Assembly: GCA_026770705.1 (NCBI GenBank)
Contig: JANJGN010000010.1
Location: forward strand, 67,208,001-67,272,000
Reading direction: 5' to 3'
DNA: 64,000 nt
Origin: Isurus oxyrinchus
Lineage: Eukaryota
Part shown: positions 49,171 through 62,951 of the stretch, piece after piece
Position numbering within the stretch: the stretch's first letter is position 1
Layout: each line of letters begins with the position of its first letter
Translations under genes and position numbers: made by a program
The notes under the pieces: model-generated
The model's input: only the letters and a program-made list of their open reading frames with translations
Databases searched by the model: none
What the model was told of the DNA's origin: nothing

Positions 49171-51369
49171 TAACAGAGGCCATCCAGCCCTGAAGATCTC
49201 AAAGTCTTCAACTCTCAAGCTAGAGCTTGCATGGAACAATGGGAGGGAAAGTGTCGAAGAATTACAAAAAGTGATTGAAGCTGGTTGCTTAGATGCTTTC
49301 AAAAAGAAATTAGATGTGTACTTGAGAGAAAAGGGAATAGAAAGATATGCTAAAAGGCTGAGACAGATGGAACCAGGGGAGTGTAAACACCAGCACAGAC
49401 TAGTTGGACCCTATGGCCTGTTTTTAAACTGCCTGTTTTTGAACTGTATATTCTGTGTGGCAAGCCTGTTCCTTTCAGCCTGTGCAAGACAACACCAAGA
49501 CAGATTTGCGCTTCCCCCACCATACTCTGCATAAACCTTGTGAGTAAGACACTTCTAATATTTCTGAGACTTTCAATGTTCTTTTTTGACAGGTATTCAC
49601 CTAGTTTTATTCTAAAATGTCTCAATTAACCCAGAATATACTTCTTCTCATAGTCTGTTCCATAAACCCACTCATCAATTTTTGACGGCCATGGTGTCTC
49701 AGACAGTGCCTCAGAAAAAGTGTTTCCTCTTCATCACTTCCAAACAAAATTCCTTCCCTGTTTTAGAGGCTCTGAGGAAAATTGTCCCTTATCCAGCACA
49801 GACTGAGATGAATCTGCTCTATATTTCTCAGCTCTTCACTTAGTAATCAAAGAATTGACTTCTAAGACTAGAACTGCTATTTTATGTTTTTCCTTTTATA
49901 ATTTACAAGTCTTTGCCACCCAATCTTTGCTTCACATTAGCACTGTTTCTTGATTTAACTCATTATCATTCCTCCATTAGATTGATGGTTTTCTGTAGCT
50001 TTGAGCCTTGAATTCCTTCCATCCCATTCTGCTATTGCATATGCAGTGGAATGGGACTTCTGGCTAGCTGTCAGTTGCAATCATGATCCTGCCTTAATTC
50101 CCAGATTTAGGGCCAGTAACATTTTGAGCATGGGAACTAGGTCCATGTACTGTACTGCTGCATCACCTTTGTCAGCTGGGCGATATCACAAAGTGTAGGA
50201 TAATTTGCCCTGAGGTACCAACAGAAAATAAAAAAGAAAAGAGATGCTGACATTTTTTTTGTGATTCAGGGCATTCAGCAAATCCTATTTAAAATGTAAA
50301 ACTCTCCCAGTGGCCAGACTCTGTGCAAATGACAGGAAATGCATTATGTAGTATCATCCCATTATTTGCCTCCCATTATAATATGCCAATACCGCTTCTG
50401 GTAGAAAATCCCAGGAGTGGCATTGAGAGAAAGTCTCCCAGTGGAATGACTCCCTGACCAATTTCCCTCCCTTACCCATCCAAACTCTGTAACTTTCTTG
50501 GCATCATGTATCGGAAATTTGAAGCTGAGACCCTAAATCAAGGTAGCTCAATGGAAAAATACACATCTTGAACTTGCATGCATTGTTGTTATTTTTAATG
50601 CAATCAGGATTTTATATCTTGTGTCTATTAACAAGTACATTTGGGGGGCGGTGGGGGGGTGGGGGGGGGTTATGAGGGGGGAGTGGGGGAGAAGGCGTTT
50701 GGTATATGGAGACAAGTGTATCAGGTTGCTGCATGTATCCCAGAATAAGTAATTAGTGCTAGCAACAGGTGTTTTAGCATTGAACATTTCTCTTATAAGG
50801 CAATGTGTTTGGAGCATTTTCCTTCCCTGGAGTGTGCAACAGAAGGGCTTCTTCCTTGAGTTTCTGCTATGTTGTCATTCCATGCAGCTGGTTATAGTAC
50901 CACTTGCTCCCTCTGGGACCTACCATTAGAGTAATAGCCACACATACAACCTCTAAAAAATGCAAACAGCTGATCCAGGCATAGAGGGTGAACTTAGCGT
51001 CGTGGAAAGATTTTTGTTTCTATCTTTGGGGCTGGTTACTAAGAAGTCAAAGTCTTAAAGCAATGTTCAACCCATTAGCATTCTGTGATCTGGGAAAAGC
51101 AGCTCATGTGGCAGGAGATGGGATTTGCTGTTGGATCCTGTGATTTGCTTTGCTCCTGATACAGTTTCATTACAAATTCAATAAATGATCCATACTTCTG
51201 CTGAAAAAATACACAGGTAAATGGGGAGGTAAAGGATTCAGTCATAAAAACATTCTTTTGATACACCCTTCTCAAACTGAGTGTCAACTTTAATTGTGAG
51301 CAGGGCATTGCTGCATGAGAATAAATGACAAAAAAATGTAGAAGTCATGTAAAATGGAACATATTCTTA

Positions 51370-51505
51370 TGGCAGATGATTGCTACCCTCGAGATTATGG
51401 GCACCTATGACAGATGCTTGCTATACTTGAGATTATGGACACCTATGGCAGGTCCTTACTACACCTGAGATTATGGGCACCTATAGCATATACTTGCTAC
51501 ACCTG
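51370..51505. repeat. 38-bp minisatellite, about 3.6 copies
   Basis: Unit tggcagatgattgctaccctcgagattatgggcaccta repeated with substitutions. Confidence 0.85.
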
Positions 51506-51659
51506 TGTTTATGAATGTGCATGACAATGCATGTCATTTAATCCACTACCAAATCTATCAGAAATATTACACTCCTGGTCTATGCCTATCTTACACAATA
51601 AGCATTTCCTTCTATTCCTTTCTCCCTCATGCATTTATCTATATAATTATCTTAATTAA

Positions 51660-52130
51660 GATGGGTGAGACACACAGGAAGAATGAATTGATACCTGGGA
51701 ATAAGTTACACAGAGAATAATGAATACCCAAGAGCAATTTACACAGACCATTTGGTCCAGGAAGTGAATTACAGATAGAGAATTGGGTATCTGCAAGTGA
51801 TTTAGATAACCTTGAACTTCAAGTTCTGTCGAAGGGTCATGAGGACTTGAAATGTCAACTCTTTTCTTCTCCGCCGATGCTGCCAGACCTGCTGAGTTTT
51901 TCCAGGTAATTCTGTTTTTGTTATAGAGAATTATGGGTTCCCGGGAGAGAGTTAAACAGTGTGTGATGAATAGCCAGTAAGTGCTGCATACATGGGAGTG
52001 AATTTCACAGAGAATGATCAATGTCCAGGAGTGAGTTACACAGAATGCTAAATACCACAATAGAAATACTGAATGTGACTATCTATGAGCAAGTTACACA
52101 GTGCTGAATATGTAGGAGTGACTCACACAG
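51660..52130. repeat. Degenerate ~33-bp tandem repeat interrupted by a PLE fragment
   Basis: Recurrent gagtgagttacacagagaat...ccca words. Confidence 0.55.
51813..51922 (+). mobile_element. Short PLE 3'-end fragment with hammerhead motif
   Basis: Near-identical to 28580-28682. Confidence 0.9.
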
Positions 52131-53322
52131 AAAGTACTGGATAAATGGTCCCATGGTGATATCCTAGGAAGTGCAGAGGAGTTCTCCTGGTGTAGCAAAA
52201 ATAAAAATCACAGAAACAGTAATGAGATAAAAGGGAAATCTGTTTTTCATTGTGTTGGTTGAGGGAGAAATATTGATACTGGGAGAACTCCCTTGCATTT
52301 CTTTGAATAATGCCATTGGATCTCATACATTCAGCTTAACAGACATAGTACAGCACCGCCAACAATGCACTACTCTGTTAGTACATAATTAATAGGATCA
52401 ATTTTAATTCTTAGTGGAGTAAAAACACTGTTCATGATTGTTAGGACTCGCCTGATTTTTCTTTCTATTGAAGCCCGTGGAAATCCTTCACTGCCTGCTT
52501 TCCGCCAGCATCAAAAATTGGCCCAAAAGTGCTATGAGCTTTGTGCTCAAGTGCTACAATATGGCTTAAAGCAGTCACCGTCTGACTTGGAGACAGAAAC
52601 ATTACTACCGAGTCAAGGTAACACTTGAAAAAGAATGCAGGGGAATCTAGAAGACAGGGGATCATTGAAAGCAAAGAGCATAATAAGAATGTGAAGCAAC
52701 CACAAAGGCACAGATCGACCTGGGCAGTTTTGGAGCAGCAAGAAGGATACAGAGAGTTGTGAGTCGACCCATCAGTGCTGAACTTATCATTTAGCTGCAA
52801 AATGCAAACTGCTGAACAAAGCATCTTTGAAGTAAGTGAATAACCCACAGGAGGACTGGACATTTATAGAATTTTAGCTCATGTGCCAAATTAGTTATGT
52901 TTCCCGAGCGTGTATGCCTGTCAGAGATCGGGGCTGTCAGATCTCCCAATGATTTCGCCAGAGCAGCTACACAGCCTATAACTGCTCTGACCTCAGTTCG
53001 GAACTGGACACCACAGCACCAGGTAAGCTCTCTTTCCCCTGTTTTTTATTTCTAACTAAAAGTTAAAATAAAAATAAGAAATGTGAAATTATTTAAAGTA
53101 TCATTCAAAATAGACCTTAAAAACAGATCTGCCTCTAAAATGAGGTGTAACACATTTTAGGAATGTTTGGTCTTTAATCTAGTGGGGTTGGATGTTTCAT
53201 ACTCTGACATCAAAAATTAAAAAGGGAAGCAAAGTTGTAATTTGTTTATGAATATTCCATAGCTCTGTACTTTGGAATATTCAACATTGGCTTTAAACAG
53301 TTTTCCAATCTTATATGCCCCA

Positions 53323-54242
53323 CTTGGCCAGACCCCCGTGTGGTTGATAAGATTCTGTTAGGGACCAATAACATTTTGTTTAAAGTAGACAAAGTTTGAA
53401 ATCTAAGACACTTGCTCAGTGAATAAAGCAACAAGATTCCACAGGTTTTGAACAAACAAAAATAATAGAAGCTATCTCATTACTATATGGGAAAGTCCTA
53501 TGAATTTATGTGGATTATAGTAAATTATGTGAAGAGGAAAGAAAGAAAACTGGGAATGTATTATAAATTAGACATATGTAACAAAAACAAAACAAAATAC
53601 AAGTTGAAAGAATCAAAGAAAAATAACTTAAAGAGAATGATAGCCACCTTTTAGGCATAACGGTATGTGTCTGAGTCAGTATTCATTGTCATGTGTGAAG
53701 AATGCATTCGTTGGACATTGCGATGCTGAGTGCGTCTGGATATCCAGAAAGAATGATGAGTGTCAAGAGTGGTGCCGTGAATGCCTGGTCTGTGGTGCAT
53801 ACTTGGGCATCAGGCAGTTCCTGATCTGTGCAGCAGCCAGAGTTTTCAAATGAACCTGATGTGTCGCACTCTCTAAAACAGATCAGAAATGTCCGGTCTA
53901 TTGATTGCAGTCAAAGAGTCAGCATAATCTGGTCTGTGGGTTACACGAAGGAGTGTCCAGAACATCTGGAGTATCAATACCTCTAGACTGAGGCACATTG
54001 AGAGGTATCAAGGACAACAGTTTGTAAAGTACATGTGGGATGTCAGATATTTCAGGTCTGTTGAGCATGTCTGATCTGCAGATTGTTATTATCCTTGGCC
54101 AGACCCCCGTGTGGTTGATAAGATTCTGTTAGGGACCAATAACATTTTGTTTAAAGTAGACAAAGTTTGAAATCTAAGACACTTGCTCAGTGAATAAAGC
54201 AACAAGATTCCACAGGTTTTGAACAAACAAAAATAATAGAAG
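53323..54242. repeat. Identical 149-bp direct repeat (53323-53471 and 54094-54242)
   Basis: Base-for-base identity read by eye. Confidence 0.9.
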
Positions 54243-54289
54243 GTATCTGGCGTATATACCAACATTCAAGTTAAGTATGAGGTACTTTT

Positions 54290-54615
54290 TAAAATTCATT
54301 TACGGGATGTGGGCATCGCTGGCTAGGCCAGCATTTATTGTCCATCCCTATTTGCCTTTGAAAAGGTGGTGGTGAGCAGCCTTCTTGAATTGCTGCAGTC
54401 TCAGTGGTGTAGATACACCCACACTGCTGTCAGGGAGGGAGTTCCAAGATTTTGACCCAGTGACAGTGAAGCAAAGGCAACATATTTCCAAGTTAGAGTG
54501 GTGAGTGGCTAGGAGGGGAACTTCCAGGTGTTGGTGTTCCCACTTAACTGCTGCCCTTCTAGATAGTAGTGGTCTAGGGTTTGGAAGGTGCTGCCTAAGG
54601 AGCTTTGGTGTACAG
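54290..54615 (-). mobile_element. CR1 LINE 3' end
   Basis: gggatgtgggcatcgctggctaggccagcatttattg tail; SKSWNSLP...LQQFKKAAHHHLFKG. Confidence 0.75.
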
Positions 54616-56290
54616 CTTGCTGTAACTACTAAGGTGCACCAACCAGGGCCCTCTATTGGTAATGCCACGGTATGGGTGCTACGCACCAACTCTACCATAT
54701 ACCAGAACTGAAAGGAATTCCACTATCTCAACAGCCAGCAGGTGTGTGACCATATTCAGTATATTAGGCAATTAATGTCCAATATCCTGAGAGCTGTTAT
54801 GGTGCCTTATTCTGCGGCAATCTGCTGTGCTGCTTGCAGTTGAACCACCATAATAAACCAGAGGGTGGCTACTGGACAACAGTGTGAAGCAGCAGACCAC
54901 TGACATGCTGAAACAATATGCCTGCTGCCTGGACCACTCTGGAGGAACCCTGCAGAACTCAGCAGAGTGGATGTCAAGATTTGTGGTGGTGTGCTGCATG
55001 CTCCACAACCTTGCCATCATGAAGGACAGTCCTTGCCACCACCTATACAGTGAGCAGCTGAGGAGCAAATACTTGATGAAGAGGAGAAGAAGGGAGGAGT
55101 CAATCAATGCATCCCCTTCCTGCTGGGGCTGTCTGTGAAGTACTCTTCTGAGTGCAATATCAGTAAGCAAAACCCCAATTCCCCATTCACCAACAGTCCT
55201 GCACCTTCCCTTCCCTGTCATTAACTGTCACTGCATCTGTTTGGCTACAATGCAAAAGTGAGAGTCACCAGAGGAAAAAAAATTACAAACCATATTTATA
55301 AACAAAAACATGCCATATGGAATACAAAAGAAAATAATTACTCCTGCATATTCCCTCAGTACATGTCTTCTGTTTTAGTTCTTCTGTAGGCTGTTCCATC
55401 AAATCCTATTTGAGTCCTCTGCAGCATAATCTGTGTGTAGCTTCATTTTCTTGCAAGCTGGCATTCTGCTGTTGTTGCCCTCTGCCCTAGCTGCAACTCA
55501 CTCATGTGCAGTGTCTCACAATGTGCAGATCCTGCTTTTAAGATACTTGAAAAGTCAGTATCTAAGCTGGTGGCTGCAAGTGAGGAATCAAGTGCTGTAC
55601 TGTACCTTCATCATCACTCTCTTAGTGTTTCTCTGCTACCTGACCAGGTTGCACCTCCTAAATATTAGAAAGGAACAATGCAAAAATGTAAGGCTGTGGT
55701 ACAGGAGGCAGGGTAATCTGCAGCTTGTAAATCAGAAGAGAGTTTGTGATAAGAGGGAAGTGAAATACACTTGAAGGAGAATTAGGTATGAGGATATCAT
55801 CATCCTCGATGGTTTCAGCCCTGCCACTGGCCACAACTTCAAAATAGCTGTCCCAAAAATTGCCAGCACAGTTTCCTCCATGGTAGTTAGGGCATGTAGG
55901 TGTGCCTGTCTCCATCCCCAATGCCTTTCTCCCCACCAGCCCAGTTAGTTCTTCCTGCCTCCATGAATGCACCATCTTATCCTGTAAGAGAGAGGAAAAT
56001 TATCAGTAAGTTTTGTGCATCTGTTCGGATGCTATGGTTGAATAGTTTGCAGTGTGGCAAGCTATGAGATGTGGCTGTGAAGTTTGCAGCAGTGCTAAGT
56101 GTGTGAGGGTGTAGTGGAGCTTATGAATATCTGGTATAAATCTGATTGATAATAATTGTAGGTGAGTGATGGGGGGTGCTGGGTGGGGTGTGATGAATTG
56201 AGTAGTGTCTGAGGCTATTCATGCAGTTGGTAGAAATGGCTTTTGAGGATGCATTTATTGACCTTGACCATGACCACATGTAAGGTCACG
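54615..56290. mobile_element. Decayed Harbinger internal remnant (transposase on +, probable Myb part on -)
   Basis: CLDHSGGTLQ...FVVVCCMLHNLAI transposase C-terminal motif (ORF 54884-55138). Confidence 0.65.
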
Positions 56291-57335
56291 TGGAAGAGAG
56301 TGGGTTATTATGTTTATCATCCACTGTTTTATTTTTTCGACTCAGATGGGATCATATCAATGGCAACTGTATTTTATGAACTAGGGATATCCCTTGGACA
56401 AAGGTCATAGGGACTTGAAGCAGAAGGAAGGCATCTTTCTTCCTCTGTTCCATGGCTACCCCTAAGCACAGGACTAGAATCCCTGTGTTAGAAAAGTCTG
56501 TGTACTCCGGGCGTACAAAGGCATCTTTATCTGCTTTTCCTGATCATTGTGCCTGAGGAATGTGTGTTTCTTGGGCACTGACCCTCGGAACACAGTTCTG
56601 TGTTCTTAAAAAGTCAAAGTCTACGTGAAGTTGGGTTTATTGAACAAATTAATATGACAGTCAGAAGCTGCGAATTTCTATCTCAAACCATTTCACTTTA
56701 GCTGGTTACCTAATCCAATTTGTAAGGTGTATTTTGTGCTTTAAATACATCAATTGAATACAATTTGTATGCAAACCAAGTGGTGGTCAGATATATCAAA
56801 TATAGTTTGTAAATTTGGTTTAGATCGGCAACATATAATCTAAGTAGGTGGCACACAGCATCTGCAATTCAATGAAATAGCAGTGTGGCTGTGCAGATGT
56901 TGTTTTGGTTTCCTAGTTAATTCTAAACATATTGAAATGGTGCGTAAATGTTTAGATGAACAAACTATATTGATGGTGTTTGATTGATAGATGAAAATAT
57001 ATCATCAACTGGTATGTCACAGAAAAATTTTCATCCAAAAGTCTGCAACTGTACCTGATTTCAATTTTGGCTTCAGGAACTCAGGCATTCCTTCTTGAAC
57101 TAAGGTATGGATAGTTTTGTTTATTCTATGGTCAGTTAAAACTTATTTTCGTGGAACAGCAATGAGAGATGCCAAGAATATTTTCTACATGCATGTTGAG
57201 CCAAACACCCCACAGAGATGATTCATAGAATCAGTGAATGATGCAGATGTTACAGCACAGAAGGAGTCTTTTTGCAAGTCCCACTCCCCGGTTCTTTTCC
57301 CATAGCCCTGTAAATTGTTCCCCTTCAAGTATTTA

Positions 57336-57737
57336 GGGGGAAATGGTGGTGTAGCGGTAATGTCACTGGACTAGTAATCCAGAGGCCCAAGCTAATTTTC
57401 TGGGGACAAGGGTTCAAATACCACCAGAGCAGATGCTAGAAATTGAATTCAGTTAATGATCTGGAATTGAAAAGCTAGTCTCAGTACCGCTGACCATGAA
57501 ACCATTGTTGATTGTCATAAAAACTCATCTGGTTCACTAATGTCCTTTAGGGAAGGAAATCTGCTGTCCTTACCTGGTCTGGCCTCCATGTGACTCCAAA
57601 TCCACAACAATGTGGTTGACTCTTAAACAGCCTCTGAAATGATGTGGCAAGCCACTTGGTTCAAGGGCAATTAGGGATGGGCAACAAATGCTGGCCTTGT
57701 CAACAATGCCCACATCCCATGAAAGAATTTTTTTAAA
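57336..57737 (+). mobile_element. tRNA-derived SINE (same family as 10346-10700)
   Basis: tggtggtgtagcggtaatgtcactggactagtaatccagag head and CR1-type tail. Confidence 0.8.
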
Positions 57738-58055
57738 AGTCCAATTTCTTTTGAAAGTCAGTGAGAAATTCATTTTCTTCTCTGACCTGCAGAAACCACA
57801 TTCCAGAATTCCTATCTCGAGTCAAAATCTGCACAATTAGAAACCTCTGGCTGTTCAGTCTTCAACTCACTTTTGTTAATTCATCATCCCACCCATGAAC
57901 TTGGTGCAAAAACACAGAACCTCTTGATTGCTGAGACCACATCAACAATGTCAACCCATTGATCAGGGCCAGATTATGTTGTTGCAGCAAATGTTATATT
58001 CTTTGACCAAAATTACTTAGTCTTTTACCTCCAAATTAGACTTGGATCCAGCCAT

Positions 58056-58697
58056 AAAAAAAAGTGAAGCAGCATTTCACTTGCATTTCCCCCAACTTAG
58101 TCTACTGCATTCGTTGCTCCCAATGTGGTCTCCTCTACATTGGAGAGACCAAACGTAAACTGGGTGACCGCTTTGCAGAACACCTGCGGTCTGTCCACAA
58201 GAATGACCCAAACCTCCCTGTCGCTTGCCATTTTAACACTCCACCCTGCTCTCTTGCCCACATGTCTGTCCTTGGCTTGCTGCATTGTTCCAGTGAAGCC
58301 CAACGCAAACTGGAGGAACAACACCTCATCTTCCGACTAGGCACTTTACAGCCTTCCGGACTGAATATTGAATTCAACAACTTTAGGTCGTGAGCTCCCT
58401 CTCCCATCCCCACCCCCTTTCTGTTTCCCCATTCCTTTTTTTCCCAATAAATTATATAGATTTTTCTTTTCCCACCTATTTCCATTATTTTTAAATATCT
58501 TAAAATCTTTTATGCTCTCCCCGCCCTCACTAGAGCTATACCTTGCGTGCCCTACCATCCATTCTTAATTAGCACATTCGTTTAGATAATATCACCAACT
58601 TTAACACCTATGTGTTCTTTTGTTCTATTGTTGTTGACTTCTTTTGATGATCTGCTTCTATCACTGCTTGTTTGTCCCTACGACCACACCCCCCCCC

Positions 58698-58734
<37 letters not shown>

Positions 58735-58904
58735 TCTCCGCCCCCCCCCCCCCACACACCTTAAACCAGCTTATATTTCAACTCTTTCTTGGACTCGAAC
58801 TCAAGTTCTGTCGAAGGGTCATGAGGACTCGAAACGTCAACTCTTTTCTTCTCCGCCGATGCTGCCAGACCTGCTGAGTTTTTCCAGGTAATTCTGTTTT
58901 TGTT
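58056..58904 (+). mobile_element. 5'-truncated PLE (GIY-YIG plus 3' UTR plus hammerhead), 14-bp TSD
   Basis: ORF 58064-58393 is the endonuclease domain. TSD ttggatccagccat at 58042-58055 and 58905-58918. Confidence 0.93.
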
Positions 58905-60454
58905 TTGGATCCAGCCATGCTTGAATTCAACTGATCACCCTTAACTTTAGCCTCACACCACAGAATATTGTTGCGAACATATCTTGACCCTCTGTATGAA
59001 GTTTTTATCCATATCCATGAACAATGCCAAATGCTTTGAAAAGGCCAGGGAATGAGACCTATAATGCCAAGTAGCAGAGAAGAAATGGATGGAGGTCCTC
59101 ACAACTACCATCTGCAGCTGAATGTAGTGCATTTCATATTTACTTCACAAATTTCATCCCTCAAGGCATTGAATGCTAAAGAGGCTATGTACAGAGGAAT
59201 AAACAGCCATACATGTTCTGGTCCTGCATCCTCTTTCACCCATTTTGGACCTTTGAAATATTTCATTGCCCAATATCTAATTAAATGAAAGCTTGATTTT
59301 GAATCAAAACACAGAACACTCATTTTCCAAAACTGAAGTTAGCAGCATGAATTAACAGCATCACCTAAAGCTGTTGAACATCACAAGTTCTGCTCAACAC
59401 CATAGGTTTGTGTCTGCAGTTCTCCCTCACTGTGTTGCTGATCTGTGTGTGCTGTTATGAGGAATATGTTGGAAACACACCACAGAATAGAATGGAGATA
59501 TTACAGTGAAGACTAACGTTGATGTCCTAGCCATTGTTGTAGTGGGAAAGTGCTTTACTAGAATGAGAGCCTTCTTTAAATAGTTAAGGAGAGCATGTTT
59601 TGCTGCTTGAGCGATGCTAACATCTCAATCCACTCCTTATTTATCTGTCCATCTGTTGTTTTGGCAAACATAGAGGTCTCTCTGTCTATTCCCATTACAG
59701 GGTGGTTTATATTCCTTTTGTGTTTTGAGGATTGAGACATCCATTTCTTATTCTCAGATCAGTAACTGCTAACATCAACCTAACAACCAGACTGCACTTC
59801 AGGACAAGTCTTGAAGGCCATCCACTGAAAGACAATAAACATTTCAGGCAGGAGGCAGAGATCTACCAGCTGTTACAATAAGACACCCTGCATTTTCAGA
59901 ATTTGTGTTTCCCATTCTTAAGACATACAGTATTCCCCACTTTCTCCAAAAGTTATTAACTCCTTCCTGGTTTACAGCTATATGAGTATACTTCCACCAA
60001 GTGGCCACTTTTTGTGTGAAAGCCTAGACCCACTAAGACGCTGGAGCCTCATCTGCCAAAGGCAGAATGGAATGAAGTTGAATTGACTCTGCTTCAGTTA
60101 CCTGTTGATTTTTCAGTAATGTGAAATTCTTCAGTTATTATCATTTCAAAATGGGTGTTGATATAAATACTGAGTGCACAAACCATGCTGGGAGGGTACA
60201 GTTGCATGGCACACTGGAGTGCTAACTTTTTCTGTACTATTTTTGAAGAAATTGACAGGTGGTGACTGACCTTTGAACGGAGCTATGTGAAACATAACAT
60301 TTTTAAAATTAGTTTTCTCATTAACTTCTGTGGTTATCAAGCTGTTAGTTCTGAGAATTAGAGCAATCTTCCCATTCTGGATATCCCAGGAATGGATTTT
60401 CTGACTTCTGTCCCTTGCAACACTCCTTTTTCCAGCACAAATATTAGAAATAAG

Positions 60455-60565
60455 GAACAAAAACTAAAATTGCTGGAAAAACTCAGCAGATCTGACAGCA
60501 TCTGCAGAGAGGAAGACAGAGTTAACGTTTCAAGTCCTCATCAGACTCTTCATTAGAAATAAGTA
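60455..60565 (-). mobile_element. Short PLE 3'-end fragment with hammerhead motif
   Basis: Reverse complement ttCTAATGAagagtctgatgaggacttGAAAcgttaact, followed by the PLE terminus. Confidence 0.75.
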
Positions 60566-60959
60566 CTGTAAGGTAGGGAGTTCCAGAATTTTGACCCAGT
60601 GTTGGTGAAGGAATGGTTACATAATTTCTAAAACAGGATGTTGTATGACTTGGATGGGAATTTGTAGATGGTGGTGTTCCCATGTGTCCTTGTTCTTCTA
60701 GATGGGAAAGATTGTGGATTTGGAAGGTGCTATCGAAGAAATCTTGGCGACTTGCTGCAGTGCATGGGTTAGTTGTAGAATAAAACTTCCTTTACAGGAA
60801 GCACATCCATATCAGATGCAGCTAGATGGGGGGAGGGGCACCAGCATATAGAAGTAGAAAAAAGGAATAAGACACAAAAAGAAGTGAGAGTACGTATTAG
60901 ATAGTACTAAAGAAGGAAGTGGTATCAAATTAAATTAAAGAAGACTATGAAGAGTACAA

Positions 60960-62130
60960 AGACAGGTTTACAATGCATGTATGTAAAAACACAAACTGTG
61001 ATGAATAAGGTGAGCTAAAAGCACATTTAGTCTTGTGAGAATTTGATGTAGTAACAATAGCGGAAATGTGGCTTAAAAATGATGAGGACTGAGTGCCTAA
61101 TATTCACGGATACAAAGTGTTCAGAGAAGTAGGGAAGGAAAAAAGGGATGGCAGCACTAATTAGGGAAGATATTGTAGTGCTGGAAAGAGATGATATCCT
61201 TGAGGGGGCAAGGACAGAATCTATTTAGTTAGAATTGAGAAGCAAAAGGGTATGATCACACTTCTGGGGGTATTATATAGGCCTACACTTAGTGATCGTG
61301 AGGTAGTGGAGCAAATCTGCAGGGGATTCATAGAGATGTGCAAGATGTGGTGATACTGGAGGACTTGAATCATTCACATATCGATTAGAGGAAAGAAAGG
61401 AGGGGGAGAAACTTCTTAAATGTGTTTGGCAGAGCTCCTAGATCAGTATGTTCTCAGTCTAACAAGAAGGAGGCATTCCTGAAGCTGTTGCTGAGGAATA
61501 GGTGGGAGAACACTTGGGTAAGAGTGAGTAAGGTATCATAGGAAAAGAGCAAGGAACAATCTAAATTAGGACTTCTAAATTGAAAGAGGGCTAACTTCAA
61601 TGGGATTAGAAGGGATCGAGACAAGGTAAAACAGGAAAAACTGACAGAAAAATGGGTGATACTTAAGGAAGCGGTATTTCAGGTACAGTCTAGGTAGATT
61701 TCAACAAGAAGAAAGGCAGGGGAGGCAAAGCAAGGGCCAGAGAGACAGAGAATATGATGAACTATAGAAGACAGTGTATGATACATGTCAGATGAATTCT
61801 TCAAGCAAGAGCCAGACCAAATGTAGTAAGTTGGGAGGGGAAATGAAGAGGAAAATAAGACTGACAAAGAGAGAACATGAGAATAGAATGGCAATTAACA
61901 TAAAAGCAAACCCAGAAATCTCCTGTCATGTAAATAGTAAGCAGATAGTAAGAGACGGGGTGAGGTCTATCAGGGACAAGGTGATATATGCTTAGTTGCC
62001 CAAGGCAAGACTAGAATACTTAATGAATACTTTATATTGGTGATTACTAAGGTAGAGGATACTGACAAAATATAGGTAGGAGCGGTAATGGTAGAGGTAA
62101 TGGATGGGGTGAAAATTGCTAGGCAGGATA
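60960..62130 (+). mobile_element. Decayed CR1 ORF2, APE endonuclease region
   Basis: DVVTIAEMWL, GVLYRP and VVILEDLN remnants of the ETWL / YRPP / GDFN motifs. Confidence 0.65.
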
Positions 62131-62951
62131 TGCAGTGCACAGAGGGAACATGAAGAGAGGAGGTATCTTGGACCCATTTTCTCTGGATGAGCTGTAGACT
62201 CCAGCTCCCATGAGATGTCGTCCCCATATTACAGTTGCTCCACAATTCCCCACCTTTCAATTCACCTACTACATACCATCACAGCAATCTCTTCTCCAAA
62301 ATCCTGAAATAAAAGCCACTGACATAAAAATTCCACAAAAATTTTATCCTACAATACCTGCAATAAAATACAAAAAATGGAGCTATTTCCCCTCTTTACC
62401 TACTGCCTTCCCTTAGTGCCTGTATTATGGTTGCCTTTGCCTGTCCTCATGCTCCTAAGTAGTGCTACCCCAGTGGTTCTAGTATCGCTGGTGGAAGGCT
62501 GCTGTCTTTCAGTGGGGGAGTCTACAATGGCCTTGTAAGATGCCCTTGAGCAGCTCCAGCCTGAGAAAACCTGGCATCAGACTACATCTTACATTTCCAG
62601 ACAGCAGTTCTTGGCTACCCGAAAGCCTCTGACACGGCTGGCTGAGAAGCGGTTCAAGAAAGCAGTTCAACTTCTCAAAGACAATTAGCAATGGGCAATA
62701 AATGCGGGCCAAGCCAGCAACACCCACATCCCATGTACAAATAAAACAACAAAGGTGACTGGCGGAATGACTGTGGTAGGAGCATGTGGGAGAGGACAGC
62801 AGGTTCATGCTCCATGAAGCCACTGGCAAGCTCCTGGAGCTTTGTCTCAGCAATCCTAGTAAACTGTCAGAGGGTATGTTACTGGACTGCTGTGAAGCCT
62901 GTATTCGCAGCTATGATGAGCTTGCATAGCAGCAAGTATAGATACCATGAT

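Noticed and set aside
51370-51505. Repeat array resembling CRISPR spacing
   Set aside because: The whole 38-bp unit is repeated with no unique spacers, the context is eukaryotic, and there are no cas genes.
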